64,000 bases of DNA, from positions 93,115-157,114 of the forward strand of contig JBBQUR010000012.1 of NCBI GenBank assembly GCA_038212275.1. The letters are read 5' to 3'. Below the pieces are notes generated by a model that did not search any database, had not been told where the DNA came from, and saw only the letters and a program-made list of their open reading frames with translations. Both the position numbers and the translations under genes were made by a program. Below, one piece after another: positions 54,179 through 63,993 of the stretch; position 1 is the stretch's first letter; every line of letters starts with the position of its first letter. Source of the DNA: Planctomycetota bacterium (lineage in GTDB: Bacteria > Planctomycetota > B15-G4).

Positions 54179-57091
54179 GTGATGACCATGAAGCTGCTGA
54201 ACACCACACTGGCCCTGCTCTGCGTGAGTTCCGCCCTGCTTGCGCAGCGAGCCTCCGGCGAACCGAGGCACTGGGAGCACGAGACCTCCGACCTGCCCGT
54301 CAACTCGCGCATGCACTTCGGCACGCTGCCCAACGGCGTGCGCTGGGCGTGGATGGCGAACAGCGAGCCGCGCCAGCGCGTCTACGCCCGGCTGCACGTG
54401 GACGTCGGCAGCCTCGGCGAGGCCGACTCCGAGCAGGGCATGGCGCACTTTCTCGAGCACATGGCCTTCAACGGCAGCGAGCACTTCGCCGCCGGCACGC
54501 TGGTGGAGTGGTTTCAGAAGCACGGCATGGCCTTCGGTGCGGACACGAACGCGTCGACCGGCTTCAGCGAGACGATCTACAAGCTCGACCTGCCGACCAG
54601 CGACGAGGCGACGCTGCGCTCGGGGCTCACGATGCTCGGTGACGTGGCGCACGGCCTGCTGCTCGCGCCCGAGGAAGTCGCTGCGGAAATCGGCGTCATC
54701 GACGGCGAGGAGCGCGAGCGCGACTCGGTCAATTTCCGCGCCGCCATCGCGGGGCTGAAGGACGAGTTCGGCGGCACGATCGTCGCATCGCGCATCCCGA
54801 TCGGTGTGCAGTCCGTGCGTGCGGCGTTCACCTCGCCGACGGTGCGTGCCTTCTACGAGCGCTGGTACCGGCCCGAGAATTTCACGGTGGTCATCGTCGG
54901 TGATCTCGGCGCGTTGGACCCCGTGGCGATGATCACCGAGGCCTTCGGCGACATCGCCGCGCCCGAGTCGTCGCCGGAGCCCGAACCCGCCCTCGGCACG
55001 CCGCGCAACGCGACGGACACCTTCGCCTTCTACAGCAACGAGATTCCGGTCGTGACGCTGTCCGCGGAGCGGCTCAAGCCCTGGGTGGACGAGCCCTTCG
55101 ACAAGGCGCACCAGCTCCGCGACCTGCCGCTCGAGTACGCGCGCCGCATGCTGAACACGCGCTTCCGCGAGCTGGCCAAGAAGGAGGGCGCGCCCTTCCT
55201 CGCCGCATCCGTTTCCGAGGCCGGCGGCCTGCACGTGCTGGATGGCGAGGAACTTTCGGTCACGGCCGAGCCGGGCAAGTGGAAGGAAGCCTTCTCGTCC
55301 GCGGAGCAGGAATTGCGCAGGGCGCAGATCTTCGGCTTCCAGCAGGCCGAGCTCGACGAGTTGCGCGCCGATGCGCTGCATGACCTCGACGAGGCCGTGG
55401 CCCGCGAGGCCACGCGCGCGACGAGCAGCTACGTCAACGAGATGCTGCTCGCCGCCGAGGAGCGCTACGTCCCGACGGATGCGGCCACGGACCTCGCGGT
55501 GTTCAAGCCGGCCATCGAGGCGCTCACGGTGGAGGCGGCGCAGGCCGCGTTCGCTTCGGCGTGGAAGGAAGGCCGCCTTCGGCTCTCCGCGATCGGCGGC
55601 CTCGACCTCGGCGCCGACGCCGGTGCGGCGCTCAAGGCCGCGTGGGAAGCGAGCGGCAAGGTCGAGGTGCTCGCGCCCGCCGCGGTCACCACGGCCGCGT
55701 TCGCGTACGCCTCGTCGGCCGACGACGCGGGCGAAGTCGTGGAGAAGAACCACGTCGAAGATCTCGACTTCTGGCAGGTGCGCTTCGCCAACGGCGTGCG
55801 CCTGAACGTCAAGCGCACCGACTTCCGCGAGCGCCAGGTGCTCCTGAACGTGCGCGTGGGCCAGGGCCTGCTGTCCCTCGACCCGGCGATGGCCGAGCTC
55901 GAGACGGCCGCCGACGCCACGTTCACGGCGGGCGGCCTGCAGGCGCACAGCGCCGACGACCTGCGCCGACTCACGGCGGGCCGCCAGGTGGGCGTGTCCT
56001 TCGGCGTGGGCCAGGATGCCTTCACGCTGGGCTCGGGCGGACGCGGCGGAGGCACCACCGCCGACGACCTGCTTCTGCAGCTCGAGTTGACGACGGCCTT
56101 CCTCGTGCACCCCGGCTTTCGCGACGAGGGCCTGCGCGAGTTCAAGCAGAACCTCGAGCCGATGTACGAGCAGCTCGCACACCAGCCGTCCGGGCCGATC
56201 CAGACTCGCTTCCAGGGTGAACTCCACGGCGGCGACCCGCGCTTCGGCTTCCCCACGCAGGACAAGTTCCAGGCCGTCACGGCCGACGCGCTGAAGGCGT
56301 GGATGCTCCCGGAGCTGACCACCGGCCCGGTCGAGGTCTCGATCGTCGGCGACGTGGACGTGGACGCCGCGATCGCTGCGGTGGCACGCACGCTGGGCAA
56401 GCTGCCCACGCGCGGCGCGGCCAAGGACCACAGCGACCGGCTCACGGTGAAGCTCGTGTCCGGCCTGCACGAGTCCGCCACGGTGCCGACCGAGGTGCCG
56501 CAGTCGCTCGTCTTCCTCGTGTTCCCGACCACCGACGGGCAGCAGGCATTGCAGCGTCGCCAGCTCTCGCTGCTCGGCAGCGTGGTGTCGGACCGCCTGC
56601 GCGTCGAAGTGCGCGAGAAGCTCGGCGTCGCGTACAGCCCGCAGGCCGCCAACCAGAGCAGCATGGTCTTCCCCGGTCTCGGCATGACACTGCTCAACGT
56701 CGCCGCCGAGCCGGCCAAGGCCGACGCCGTGCTGGCGGCGTGCCTCGCCGTGACGGACTCGCTGGCGGCGGACGGCGTGTCCGCCGATGAGCTCGAGCGG
56801 CAGCGCGAGCCGCTGCTCAAGCGCCTGCGCGACCAGATGCGCACGAACGCCTTCTGGCTCAATCTCCTCGGAGACTGCCAGACCCGCCCGCAGGTGGTGG
56901 CCGAGATGCGCTCGCTGCAATCCGACTACGAGTCGATGAAGCCCGAGGATCTCTCTCTGCTGGCCAGGAACTACCTGGCCCGCGACAAGGCTTCCTGGAT
57001 CGTCGTCTCGCCGGAAGCCTCGGCGACGCCGGCGGACGCAGCGCCCGAGGGGGCGTCTGAGCCGGTGCCGGTGCCGCCACGGGGCGGCTGA
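54179..57091 (+). CDS. M16-family zinc peptidase, fused two-pair (about 970 aa), secreted
   Basis: Inverted zinc motif HFLEHMAFNGS near the N-terminus; signal peptide MMTMKLLNTTLALLCVSSALLAQ. Confidence 0.85.
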   Translation: MMTMKLLNTTLALLCVSSALLAQRASGEPRHWEHETSDLPVNSRMHFGTLPNGVRWAWMANSEPRQRVYARLHVDVGSLGEADSEQGMAHFLEHMAFNGSEHFAAGTLVEWFQKHGMAFGADTNASTGFSETIYKLDLPTSDEATLRSGLTMLGDVAHGLLLAPEEVAAEIGVIDGEERERDSVNFRAAIAGLKDEFGGTIVASRIPIGVQSVRAAFTSPTVRAFYERWYRPENFTVVIVGDLGALDPVAMITEAFGDIAAPESSPEPEPALGTPRNATDTFAFYSNEIPVVTLSAERLKPWVDEPFDKAHQLRDLPLEYARRMLNTRFRELAKKEGAPFLAASVSEAGGLHVLDGEELSVTAEPGKWKEAFSSAEQELRRAQIFGFQQAELDELRADALHDLDEAVAREATRATSSYVNEMLLAAEERYVPTDAATDLAVFKPAIEALTVEAAQAAFASAWKEGRLRLSAIGGLDLGADAGAALKAAWEASGKVEVLAPAAVTTAAFAYASSADDAGEVVEKNHVEDLDFWQVRFANGVRLNVKRTDFRERQVLLNVRVGQGLLSLDPAMAELETAADATFTAGGLQAHSADDLRRLTAGRQVGVSFGVGQDAFTLGSGGRGGGTTADDLLLQLELTTAFLVHPGFRDEGLREFKQNLEPMYEQLAHQPSGPIQTRFQGELHGGDPRFGFPTQDKFQAVTADALKAWMLPELTTGPVEVSIVGDVDVDAAIAAVARTLGKLPTRGAAKDHSDRLTVKLVSGLHESATVPTEVPQSLVFLVFPTTDGQQALQRRQLSLLGSVVSDRLRVEVREKLGVAYSPQAANQSSMVFPGLGMTLLNVAAEPAKADAVLAACLAVTDSLAADGVSADELERQREPLLKRLRDQMRTNAFWLNLLGDCQTRPQVVAEMRSLQSDYESMKPEDLSLLARNYLARDKASWIVVSPEASATPADAAPEGASEPVPVPPRGG

Positions 57092-57432
57092 CGGCTGCGC
57101 ACCTGAGACGTGGATGAAGACTTCGCAGTGCTCGGCAGCTCGCCGTCCAGGCGTTCAATCCCCGCGTTCGAGGGCCGGCGTCATGAAGCGCAAGCGCCGG
57201 GAGTGCTGACCGCCTCGCCCGGCACGGAAAAGCGTGCCTCGGCGAGCGCGGGACGGGAGGTTTGTCCGGCGCGAAGGGCGCCGCTCCCGGAAACATGACG
57301 CGGCCCGTTGCCTCAGGGGCGCAGCGCCGGACAATCCTCCCGCCCCGCGCACTCACCGCCTCACACGACTCCCGACCTCCACGCCACAGTGCGGTCAGCA
57401 CTCCCTGCGCGTAAGCAAAACAAAGCCGTCCC

Positions 57433-57948
57433 TCAACAGCCCTCCGGCGGTCGTCCCCGGAACACATCCGCCCGCGGCGCCGGGTTGCCTGCGAGCCGGC
57501 GCCACGCGTTGATCTGGCCCACGTGCGTGAGGGCGTCGGCGAGCGGCCCGTTGATCATGTTCCAGAAGGGCGCCGCGCCCTTGGCGTGCGCGAGGCTGCA
57601 TCGGGAGAGTTGATCGTCGCTCATCACGAGCAATCTCGTGCGGATCGCCACCAGGTGCTCCAGCGTCCGCCGGCGCAGGCCGGGCAGATCGGCGGGCGAG
57701 CTCTCGCTGACGGCGCCGTCCAGATTCCTGTCGAGCCAGGCGGCGAGGCGGCAGATGTGGTTGACCAGTTCGAGCAGCGACATGCTGTCGGGGCCCGGGC
57801 TGAAGTCTCCGTCCCCGGGACGCAGGCCCTCGGTGGCCCAGCGGTAGCGGAAGCCGAGTCCGTCGACGAGTCGCAGCACGACGGCGGCGGCGCCGGGAGC
57901 GGCGGGCGGATCGGGAATCTCGTGGTAGGGCAGAGGCTCATGGTTCAT
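57433..57948 (-). CDS. DinB/YfiT-like (DinB_2) metal-dependent hydrolase-fold protein
   Basis: Start M34 (MNHEPLPYHEIP) of ORF 57433..58047; four-helix-bundle style spacing with conserved His (LVNHICRL, LEHLVAI). Confidence 0.5.
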   Translation of the reverse strand: MNHEPLPYHEIPDPPAAPGAAAVVLRLVDGLGFRYRWATEGLRPGDGDFSPGPDSMSLLELVNHICRLAAWLDRNLDGAVSESSPADLPGLRRRTLEHLVAIRTRLLVMSDDQLSRCSLAHAKGAAPFWNMINGPLADALTHVGQINAWRRLAGNPAPRADVFRGRPPEGC

Positions 57949-58033
57949 CGGGGCGAGGATACCTGCGCGATCCTTTCGCGGCTGCCCTCCGTGCGCTATG
58001 ACGTGACCCCCGCACATCGGAGGCAGTTCTGGC

Positions 58034-58456
58034 ATGGGTGGCATCAATCCCTACATCGAGCAGGTCCGTGCGGACCTGCCGACGGAGAAGTACACGCTGA
58101 GCTTCGTGCTCGGTGACTCCGGCGACGTGCGCGACGTGCTGGTGGATCCCGCGAAACTCCCGTACGGCCACGACGGCCAGCCGGGCAGCGTGCTCGACAT
58201 CGCCATGGGAGCGGGCATCCACCTCGACCATGCCTGCGGAGGCGTGAGCGCGTGTTCGACGTGCCATGTGATCGTCGAGCAGGGCTCGGAGAGCTGCAAC
58301 GAGATCGCCGATGCGGAGGACGACCAGCTCGACAACGCGGTGGGTCTCACACCGAAGTCGCGGCTCGGGTGCCAGTGCATTCCCGATGGGTCGCAGAGCG
58401 TGCGCGTGCGCATCCCGGAGTGGAATCGCAACGCGGTGACCGAGGGCGCGCACTGA
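58034..58456 (+). CDS. fdx: [2Fe-2S] ferredoxin, adrenodoxin/ISC type
   Basis: HACGGVSACSTCHV (C-x5-C-x2-C) and downstream LGCQC fourth Cys. Confidence 0.75.
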   Translation: MGGINPYIEQVRADLPTEKYTLSFVLGDSGDVRDVLVDPAKLPYGHDGQPGSVLDIAMGAGIHLDHACGGVSACSTCHVIVEQGSESCNEIADAEDDQLDNAVGLTPKSRLGCQCIPDGSQSVRVRIPEWNRNAVTEGAH

Positions 58457-58537
58457 CCACATGACCTCCGGGTCCGCGGGACGCGCTGAGCTGCCGAGCC
58501 GCAGGGCCGGCGATCAAGTCGACCCCGCGCGCGGACG

Positions 58538-58951
58538 ATGAGCGTGGTGTCCCTCGCCGGCGCGCTGTGGTCCTGCGCGCCCTCGGATGCCGACGCCATG
58601 AGTTCCTGTTCTGTTCGCACGGTGCGCACGTCCCTGATCTTCGGCCTGCCGGCCAGCACGCTCGCGATGATGCTGCTGTTTCTGGCGGCGCTCGACTCGT
58701 TCGCGACCATCGGCTTCCTGCGCCGCCACGTCGGCACCGAGCTCAATCCGATCATGAACTGGCTGCTGTCGTTCGGAGACGCGGAGTTCCTGCTCATCAA
58801 GCTGCTGCTGACGGCGCTGTGCGCGCGCTGGATCATGCTGCGAGCCTGGCACCCGTATGCGCGCATCGCGGCGCTGATCGGCCTGGCGCTCTACGTTCCG
58901 ATCGTGGGCCTGCACATCTTCATCAACTTCGCGAACAGCTTCGCGCAGTGA
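58538..58951 (+). CDS. small multi-pass membrane protein (DUF5658-like)
   Basis: ELNPIMNWLL and flanking hydrophobic helices; start uncertain (alt ATG 58598). Confidence 0.45.
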   Translation: MSVVSLAGALWSCAPSDADAMSSCSVRTVRTSLIFGLPASTLAMMLLFLAALDSFATIGFLRRHVGTELNPIMNWLLSFGDAEFLLIKLLLTALCARWIMLRAWHPYARIAALIGLALYVPIVGLHIFINFANSFAQ

Positions 58952-59159
58952 GCCGGCGAAGGCGCTGACCTGCGCTGCATGACTCGGGCGTCCCCCTCGA
59001 GGCTGTCGCGCCCGGGTCGGAGATGACTTGTCGGGTTCCCCGGCCATGCGGCTGACGGAGGGGCCGGTTGCCGCGAAGCGCCAGTGATCCCGTGGCGCCG
59101 GCCGTGCAGGCAGCGCATCATGAAACGCGCCGGAACCTCCCGGCTCCGGGGACCACGAG

Positions 59160-59786
59160 ATGCACAGTCGACTCGCGCCGAACGTCCTGCTGATGCTGAC
59201 CGGGTTGCTGCTCTGCTGCCAGAGCTGCACGCAGCTCGCGACGTACGGCGAGGACCGCGTGCGCGACCTGTCCGACGTGATCGACATGCGCTACGGGGTC
59301 GGCTTCGGGCTCGGCGCGAGCGTGCAGTTCTTCGAGCTCTTCGGCACCGGCCTCGGATGCTCGACCGAGTCCTATCAACGGCAGTGGTTCGGCCGGAAGT
59401 CCGTGGAAGTGCGCGACGGGCTGTTCGCGCAGGGACTCATCATCGGCTACGACGGCGACGAGCTGCGGCTCCACACTGAGTATCCCCGTCCTGCAGACAG
59501 CGGAAGCACGACAGGGACGTTCTCCGCAGTCATCTGGAGAACCACGGGTCGCGATCCCGCGATGACGGGAGACGACGCCTGGTTCACGGAGCCGGGAGGC
59601 GACTTCCCGAAGCTCGAAGGATTTCGAATCGGCGGAGCCGTCTTCCTGCCCGGCGTGAACGGGGGGCTCTACTTCAACGCCGGCGAAGTCGTCGATTTCG
59701 TCTGCGGCCTCGTCGGCTACGACCTGATGAACGACGACGGCTACCCGAAGTTCTTCACGCCCGAACCGGTGGCACCGGAAGGCTGA
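59160..59786 (+). CDS. hypothetical lipoprotein
   Basis: MHSRLAPNVLLMLTGLLLCCQSC signal/lipobox-like; Gly/aromatic-rich mature part. Confidence 0.5.
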   Translation: MHSRLAPNVLLMLTGLLLCCQSCTQLATYGEDRVRDLSDVIDMRYGVGFGLGASVQFFELFGTGLGCSTESYQRQWFGRKSVEVRDGLFAQGLIIGYDGDELRLHTEYPRPADSGSTTGTFSAVIWRTTGRDPAMTGDDAWFTEPGGDFPKLEGFRIGGAVFLPGVNGGLYFNAGEVVDFVCGLVGYDLMNDDGYPKFFTPEPVAPEG

Positions 59787-59861
59787 ACGACTCGCGCTCG
59801 GTCCCGGCTGACCGCGAGAGCGCGGTGCGCTGAACTCGCTGCGAACGCAGGCCTCTGCGCA

Positions 59862-59945
59862 TGGTGCGAGGAGGGGGAGTCGAACCCCCACGGATTGCTC
59901 CACCGGATCCTAAGTCCGGCGCGTCTGCCGTTCCGCCACCCTCGC
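59862..59945 (-). tRNA. tRNA-Leu (anticodon UAG), class II, CCA encoded
   Basis: Reverse complement GCGAGGGUGGCGGAACGGCAGACGCGCCGGACUUAGGAUCCGG...GGGGGUUCGACUCCCCCUCCUCGCACCA; 7-bp acceptor stem pairs, anticodon loop CUUAGGA, long variable arm, T-loop UUCGACU; near-identical layout to E. coli tRNA-Leu. Confidence 0.8.
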
Positions 59946-59977
59946 GCTGTGCGGCGCATTGTAGAGTGGGCGCGATC

Positions 59978-62512
59978 ATGACACGGAAGCTGTTTCAGCC
60001 GCGATCGGGCTCCCGCCGGGACGCCCTGGGCCACGCTGCACGGGGCGCCTTCCGTGGCGCGGCGCTGCTTGCGCACATCGCGCACGTCGCGCTGATCACG
60101 CTGATCACGGCATGCGGCTCGGCGGATCCGGCGGCGTCGCCGGACGGGGCCACGTCGCCGACCTCCTTCCAGCGACTGGCGCTTGCGCCGGCTGCCGAGG
60201 CCGCGCCGATCGCAGCGACCGCGGAGGTCGTCGCCTTCGACCTGCTCGACGGCAGCGCGGACTGGATCGTCGAGGCGCCCGAGCGCGCGACGATCCAGCG
60301 GCCGGGCGCACCCCGGGACGAGGACGGCCGCCTGCTGCAGTTGAAGGCGGAGCGCGTCGACCAGCTCGTGCGCGTGACGCGTCGCGGCGACTTCGACCCG
60401 GCCGGGTTCAACGAGCTGCGCGTGCCGATCCAGCTCAACGGACACGGCGCCGTGCGCGTGGAGTTCCATCGGGCGGGCCGCATCGCCGCGCAGACGGAGG
60501 CCACGCTGCTGCACTCGGGCGGCGAGCTCGTCCCGATCACGCTGCCCATTCCGCTGGAGGTGCGTGCGGCCGGGCCCTTCAACGCGCTGGCGCTGCGCCT
60601 CGACGGCGATGCACGGACCTATGCGCTGCGCGGCTTCTCGCTGCGTCGCGCTGCCGCGGCCGCGCTGCTGCCGGACCCCGCGCTCGCGCCGGAACTGGTG
60701 CTCGTGGACGGGGAGGCGCGCCGCGGCGTCGGAGTCTGCTCGGGGCGCGACGTCGTCGCCCGCTTCCGCGTGCCGCGCGACGGCTGGTTGACGTGGTCCT
60801 GCGCGCAGCCGCCCTCGGTGCGTCGCCTCGGCACGGGCGTCACGCTGGAGATCCGCGTGGCGGTGACCGAGGACGCTTCCGGAGAACACGCCTCCGGAGC
60901 GGACGCCTCCGCGCGAGAGGGCGACGCCTCGGCCAGCGACACGCCGCCGCTCGAGCAGCGCATCGCCTTCGAGCGCGCGCTCGACGAGGCCTCGCGCTGG
61001 CATGCCGGCCGCATGGCGCTGGGCTCGCTGGCCGGTCGCGACGTCACGCTGCGCTTGCGCTGCCGCGCGGACGATGGCGGCGAGGCGGGCTGCGTCGTCG
61101 CCGAAGCCGCGCTGGAGCAGCCCGCCGGCAGCGGCCCCGCGGCGCATCGCCCCGACGTGCTGCTCATCACGACGGACACGCACCGCGGCGACCACCTCGG
61201 CGCCGCGCACTCCGGCGTGGTCATCGACACGCCGAGCCTCGACGCCCTCGCCGCGCGCGGCGTGTTCTTCAGCGATGCCTTCTCGCCGGCCAACGTCACC
61301 AATCCCTCGCACATGGCGCTCATGACGGGCGTGCACCCGCGCGACGTCGGCATCCTGGAAAACGTCACGGCGCTGTCCGACGTGGCGCCCACGCTGGCCG
61401 AGAGCTTCCGCGACGCGGGCTACGCGACCTGGGCCGTGCTCTCCACGGAACACCTCGGGCCGCGCGGCAGCGGCCTCGGCCAGGGCTTCGACCGCGTGAG
61501 CTGGCCGCCCTACGTGCCGCGACCCTCCGGCGCCTCGATCGACGTGCTGGAGCGCTGGCTTCCCGAGCGCGACGGCCGGCCGCTTTTCGTGTGGCTGCAC
61601 GTCTTCGACGCCCATTGGAAGTACGCGCCGCCCGCAGCCTTCGATCGCCGCTACTACCCGCGCGACAAGGACCCCGCGGATGCAGCGCTTCCGCCGCTGA
61701 ACCTGCCGGAGGGCGTCCTCCCGCCCGACATGGCCGGACTGCGCGACCTCGAGTTCCCGCGCGCGCAATATCGCGCCGAGATCGCCTCGCTGGACCACGA
61801 GCTCTCGCGCCTGCTCGACGCCGGACCGCTGAGCGGTGCACTCATCGCCTTCGTCGGCGACCACGGCGAGTCGCTCGGGCAGCACGGCATCTGGTTCAAC
61901 CACGACGGCCTGTATCCGGACACGCTGCACATCCCGCTGATTCTTGCGCTGCCGCGCGCGGTCGGCGCGGAGCACGCCGGCGCCGCGTCGCCAGCGGGCA
62001 CGCGCGTGACGCTGCCGGTGAGCCACCTCGATGTGGCGCGCACGCTGCTCGACCTCGCCGGGCTGGCCGAGGCGCCCTTCCCCGGGCGCGACCTGCCGCT
62101 GCAGGACGCGGGGGCCACGGAGAGCGCGCCGCGTTTCGCGCTGGCGGCCGGAGGACTGTGCGCCTCGGTCACGTGGCGCGGTCAGCACCTCATCCTGTCG
62201 CTGGCCGGCTACCGCACGCCGCGCATGGAGCACGCTGTGCAGAAGCATCAGGTCGAGCTGTACGACCTGTCGGCGGATCCGGGTTGCGATCACGATCTCG
62301 CGGACGAGCGGCCGCAGGCCGCGCAACAGCTGCGGGCCCGGCTCATCGACTGGTTGCGTGCGGCGTCGGACCGCGGCTGGGCCGCCGAGTCCGGCACCGG
62401 TGGCGCCGACCTGGAGGGTCTCGAACAGCTTGGCTACACCGGCGCCGCCATCGGCCCGGCCAAGGCACTCTGGACCGACGACGACTGCGCCTGGTGCCGC
62501 CGCTTCCGCTGA
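59978..62512 (+). CDS. lipoprotein with N-terminal unknown domain fused to sulfatase-like (alkaline-phosphatase superfamily) hydrolase/transferase domain
   Basis: Lipobox LITAC; C-terminal half VLLITTDTHRGDHLG ... FSPANVTNPSHMALMTG ... LFVWLHVFDAHWKY; the nucleophile position is T-N-P-S-H rather than C/S-x-P-x-R. Confidence 0.7.
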   Translation: MTRKLFQPRSGSRRDALGHAARGAFRGAALLAHIAHVALITLITACGSADPAASPDGATSPTSFQRLALAPAAEAAPIAATAEVVAFDLLDGSADWIVEAPERATIQRPGAPRDEDGRLLQLKAERVDQLVRVTRRGDFDPAGFNELRVPIQLNGHGAVRVEFHRAGRIAAQTEATLLHSGGELVPITLPIPLEVRAAGPFNALALRLDGDARTYALRGFSLRRAAAAALLPDPALAPELVLVDGEARRGVGVCSGRDVVARFRVPRDGWLTWSCAQPPSVRRLGTGVTLEIRVAVTEDASGEHASGADASAREGDASASDTPPLEQRIAFERALDEASRWHAGRMALGSLAGRDVTLRLRCRADDGGEAGCVVAEAALEQPAGSGPAAHRPDVLLITTDTHRGDHLGAAHSGVVIDTPSLDALAARGVFFSDAFSPANVTNPSHMALMTGVHPRDVGILENVTALSDVAPTLAESFRDAGYATWAVLSTEHLGPRGSGLGQGFDRVSWPPYVPRPSGASIDVLERWLPERDGRPLFVWLHVFDAHWKYAPPAAFDRRYYPRDKDPADAALPPLNLPEGVLPPDMAGLRDLEFPRAQYRAEIASLDHELSRLLDAGPLSGALIAFVGDHGESLGQHGIWFNHDGLYPDTLHIPLILALPRAVGAEHAGAASPAGTRVTLPVSHLDVARTLLDLAGLAEAPFPGRDLPLQDAGATESAPRFALAAGGLCASVTWRGQHLILSLAGYRTPRMEHAVQKHQVELYDLSADPGCDHDLADERPQAAQQLRARLIDWLRAASDRGWAAESGTGGADLEGLEQLGYTGAAIGPAKALWTDDDCAWCRRFR

Positions 62513-62577
62513 CGCGTCGCGCCGTGCGCCGCAAGCGATGCCGTCCCGCGTGCCGGGGCACCGTGCGCAACACGGAG

Positions 62578-63993
62578 TCAGCCGGGCGCTGCGGCGCGCA
62601 GCACGAGCAGACGCGGCTCGGTGTATTCCTCGATGGCCGCCGCCAGACCTTCGCGTCCGAAGCCGCTGTCCTTCGTGCCGCCGTAGGGCATGTTGTCCAC
62701 GCGGAAGTTCGGCGCGTCGTTGAGCATGACGCCGCCGTAGCGCAGCGTGCGGAAGGCAGCCAGCGCGCGGCCGAGGTCGTTGGTGTAGACGCCGGCCTGC
62801 AGGCCGTAGCGCGTGTCGTTGGCGGAGGCGAGCGCTTCGGGCCAGCTCGTGAAGCGCTCGATCAGCGTCACCGGCCCGAACACTTCCTCGCGGCAGAGGC
62901 GTGCGCCGGACGGCACGCCGGTCAGCACCGTCGGCTGCACGACGCTGCCGATCGCCTCGCCGCCGCACAGCAGGCGCGCGCCGCCTGCCACGGCCTCGCG
63001 CGTCCAGGCCAGCACGCGTTCGACATGGCGCGCCTCGATGAGCGGGCCCACGACGGTGTCCTCGTCGAGCGGATCGCCGCAGGCCACCGCGCGCGTCGCC
63101 TCCACGAAACGCGCCGTGAACTCGTCCGCGATCGACTCGTGCACCAGCAGCCTCTGCGCGCGGACGCAGACCTGCCCCGCGTTGGCCCAGGCCGCGCTCA
63201 GCAGCGTCGGCAGCGCAGCCGTCAGGTCGGTTCCCTCGTCGAGGAGGCAGGGCGCGTTGCCGCCCAGCTCGAGCAGCACCTGCTTGCGTCCGGCCAGCGC
63301 CTTGAGCTGCCAGCCGACGTCCGCGCTGCCGGTGAACGACAGCACCGCCATGCGCTCATCCACGACCATGCGCTGCGCCACGTCCGGCGGACAATGCACG
63401 ACCGAGAGCGCGCCCGGCGGCAGGCCGGCGTCCTCGCAGAGTTGCGCGAGCCGGTGCGCCGTGAGCGGGCACTGCGGCGGCGGTTTCAGCACGACGGCCG
63501 CGCCGGCCGCGATCGCGGGCGCCAGCTTGTGCGCGACGAGGTTCAACGGGAAGTTGAAGGGCGAGATGGCCGCGACGGGGCCGCGCGGCACGCGCACGGT
63601 GAGCGCGAGCCGGCCCTCGCCGTGGGCGGCCAGGTCCATCGGCACGACCTCGCCCGTGTTGCGCGAGACCTCGGCCGCCGCGAGCTCGAACGTCAGCCTG
63701 GCGCGCGCGACCTCGATGCGACAGTAGCGGATCGGCTTGCCGCTCTCGCGTGCGATGAGCAGCGCCAGGTCGCGGCTCGTCTCGCCGATGCGCCGCGCCA
63801 CCTGGTTGAGGATGGCCACCCGTCGGTGGCTCGGCAGCGCGGCCATCGCGGGCTGCGCCTCCACGGCGGCGGCGATCGCGTCGTCCATGTCCGCCGCGCC
63901 GCCGACCGCGACCTCTCCCACGACGCCTCCGTCGTAGGGGCTGCGGATCGTGTCCCGGATCCCGGTCTCGCGCCGGGCTCCTCCGATGCGCAA
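62578..63993 (-). CDS. NAD(P)-dependent aldehyde dehydrogenase
   Basis: LELGGNAP (Glu active-site block), GQVCVRAQR (catalytic Cys), FGPV..., 471 aa. Confidence 0.9.
   Translation of the reverse strand: MRIGGARRETGIRDTIRSPYDGGVVGEVAVGGAADMDDAIAAAVEAQPAMAALPSHRRVAILNQVARRIGETSRDLALLIARESGKPIRYCRIEVARARLTFELAAAEVSRNTGEVVPMDLAAHGEGRLALTVRVPRGPVAAISPFNFPLNLVAHKLAPAIAAGAAVVLKPPPQCPLTAHRLAQLCEDAGLPPGALSVVHCPPDVAQRMVVDERMAVLSFTGSADVGWQLKALAGRKQVLLELGGNAPCLLDEGTDLTAALPTLLSAAWANAGQVCVRAQRLLVHESIADEFTARFVEATRAVACGDPLDEDTVVGPLIEARHVERVLAWTREAVAGGARLLCGGEAIGSVVQPTVLTGVPSGARLCREEVFGPVTLIERFTSWPEALASANDTRYGLQAGVYTNDLGRALAAFRTLRYGGVMLNDAPNFRVDNMPYGGTKDSGFGREGLAAAIEEYTEPRLLVLRAAAPG

Noticed and set aside
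54056-56920. 954-aa minus ORF opposite M16 peptidase
   Set aside because: Antisense to a gene with the HxxEH zinc motif and signal peptide.
57092-57432. 340-bp intergenic region searched for ncRNA, riboswitch or small ORFs
   Set aside because: Only a trivial 8-codon ORF (MKRKRREC). No convincing conserved-structure hallmarks visible by eye.
59741-62968. 1075-aa minus ORF across tRNA-Leu and the sulfatase-like gene
   Set aside because: Runs through a tRNA and is antisense to a gene with clear AP-superfamily blocks.
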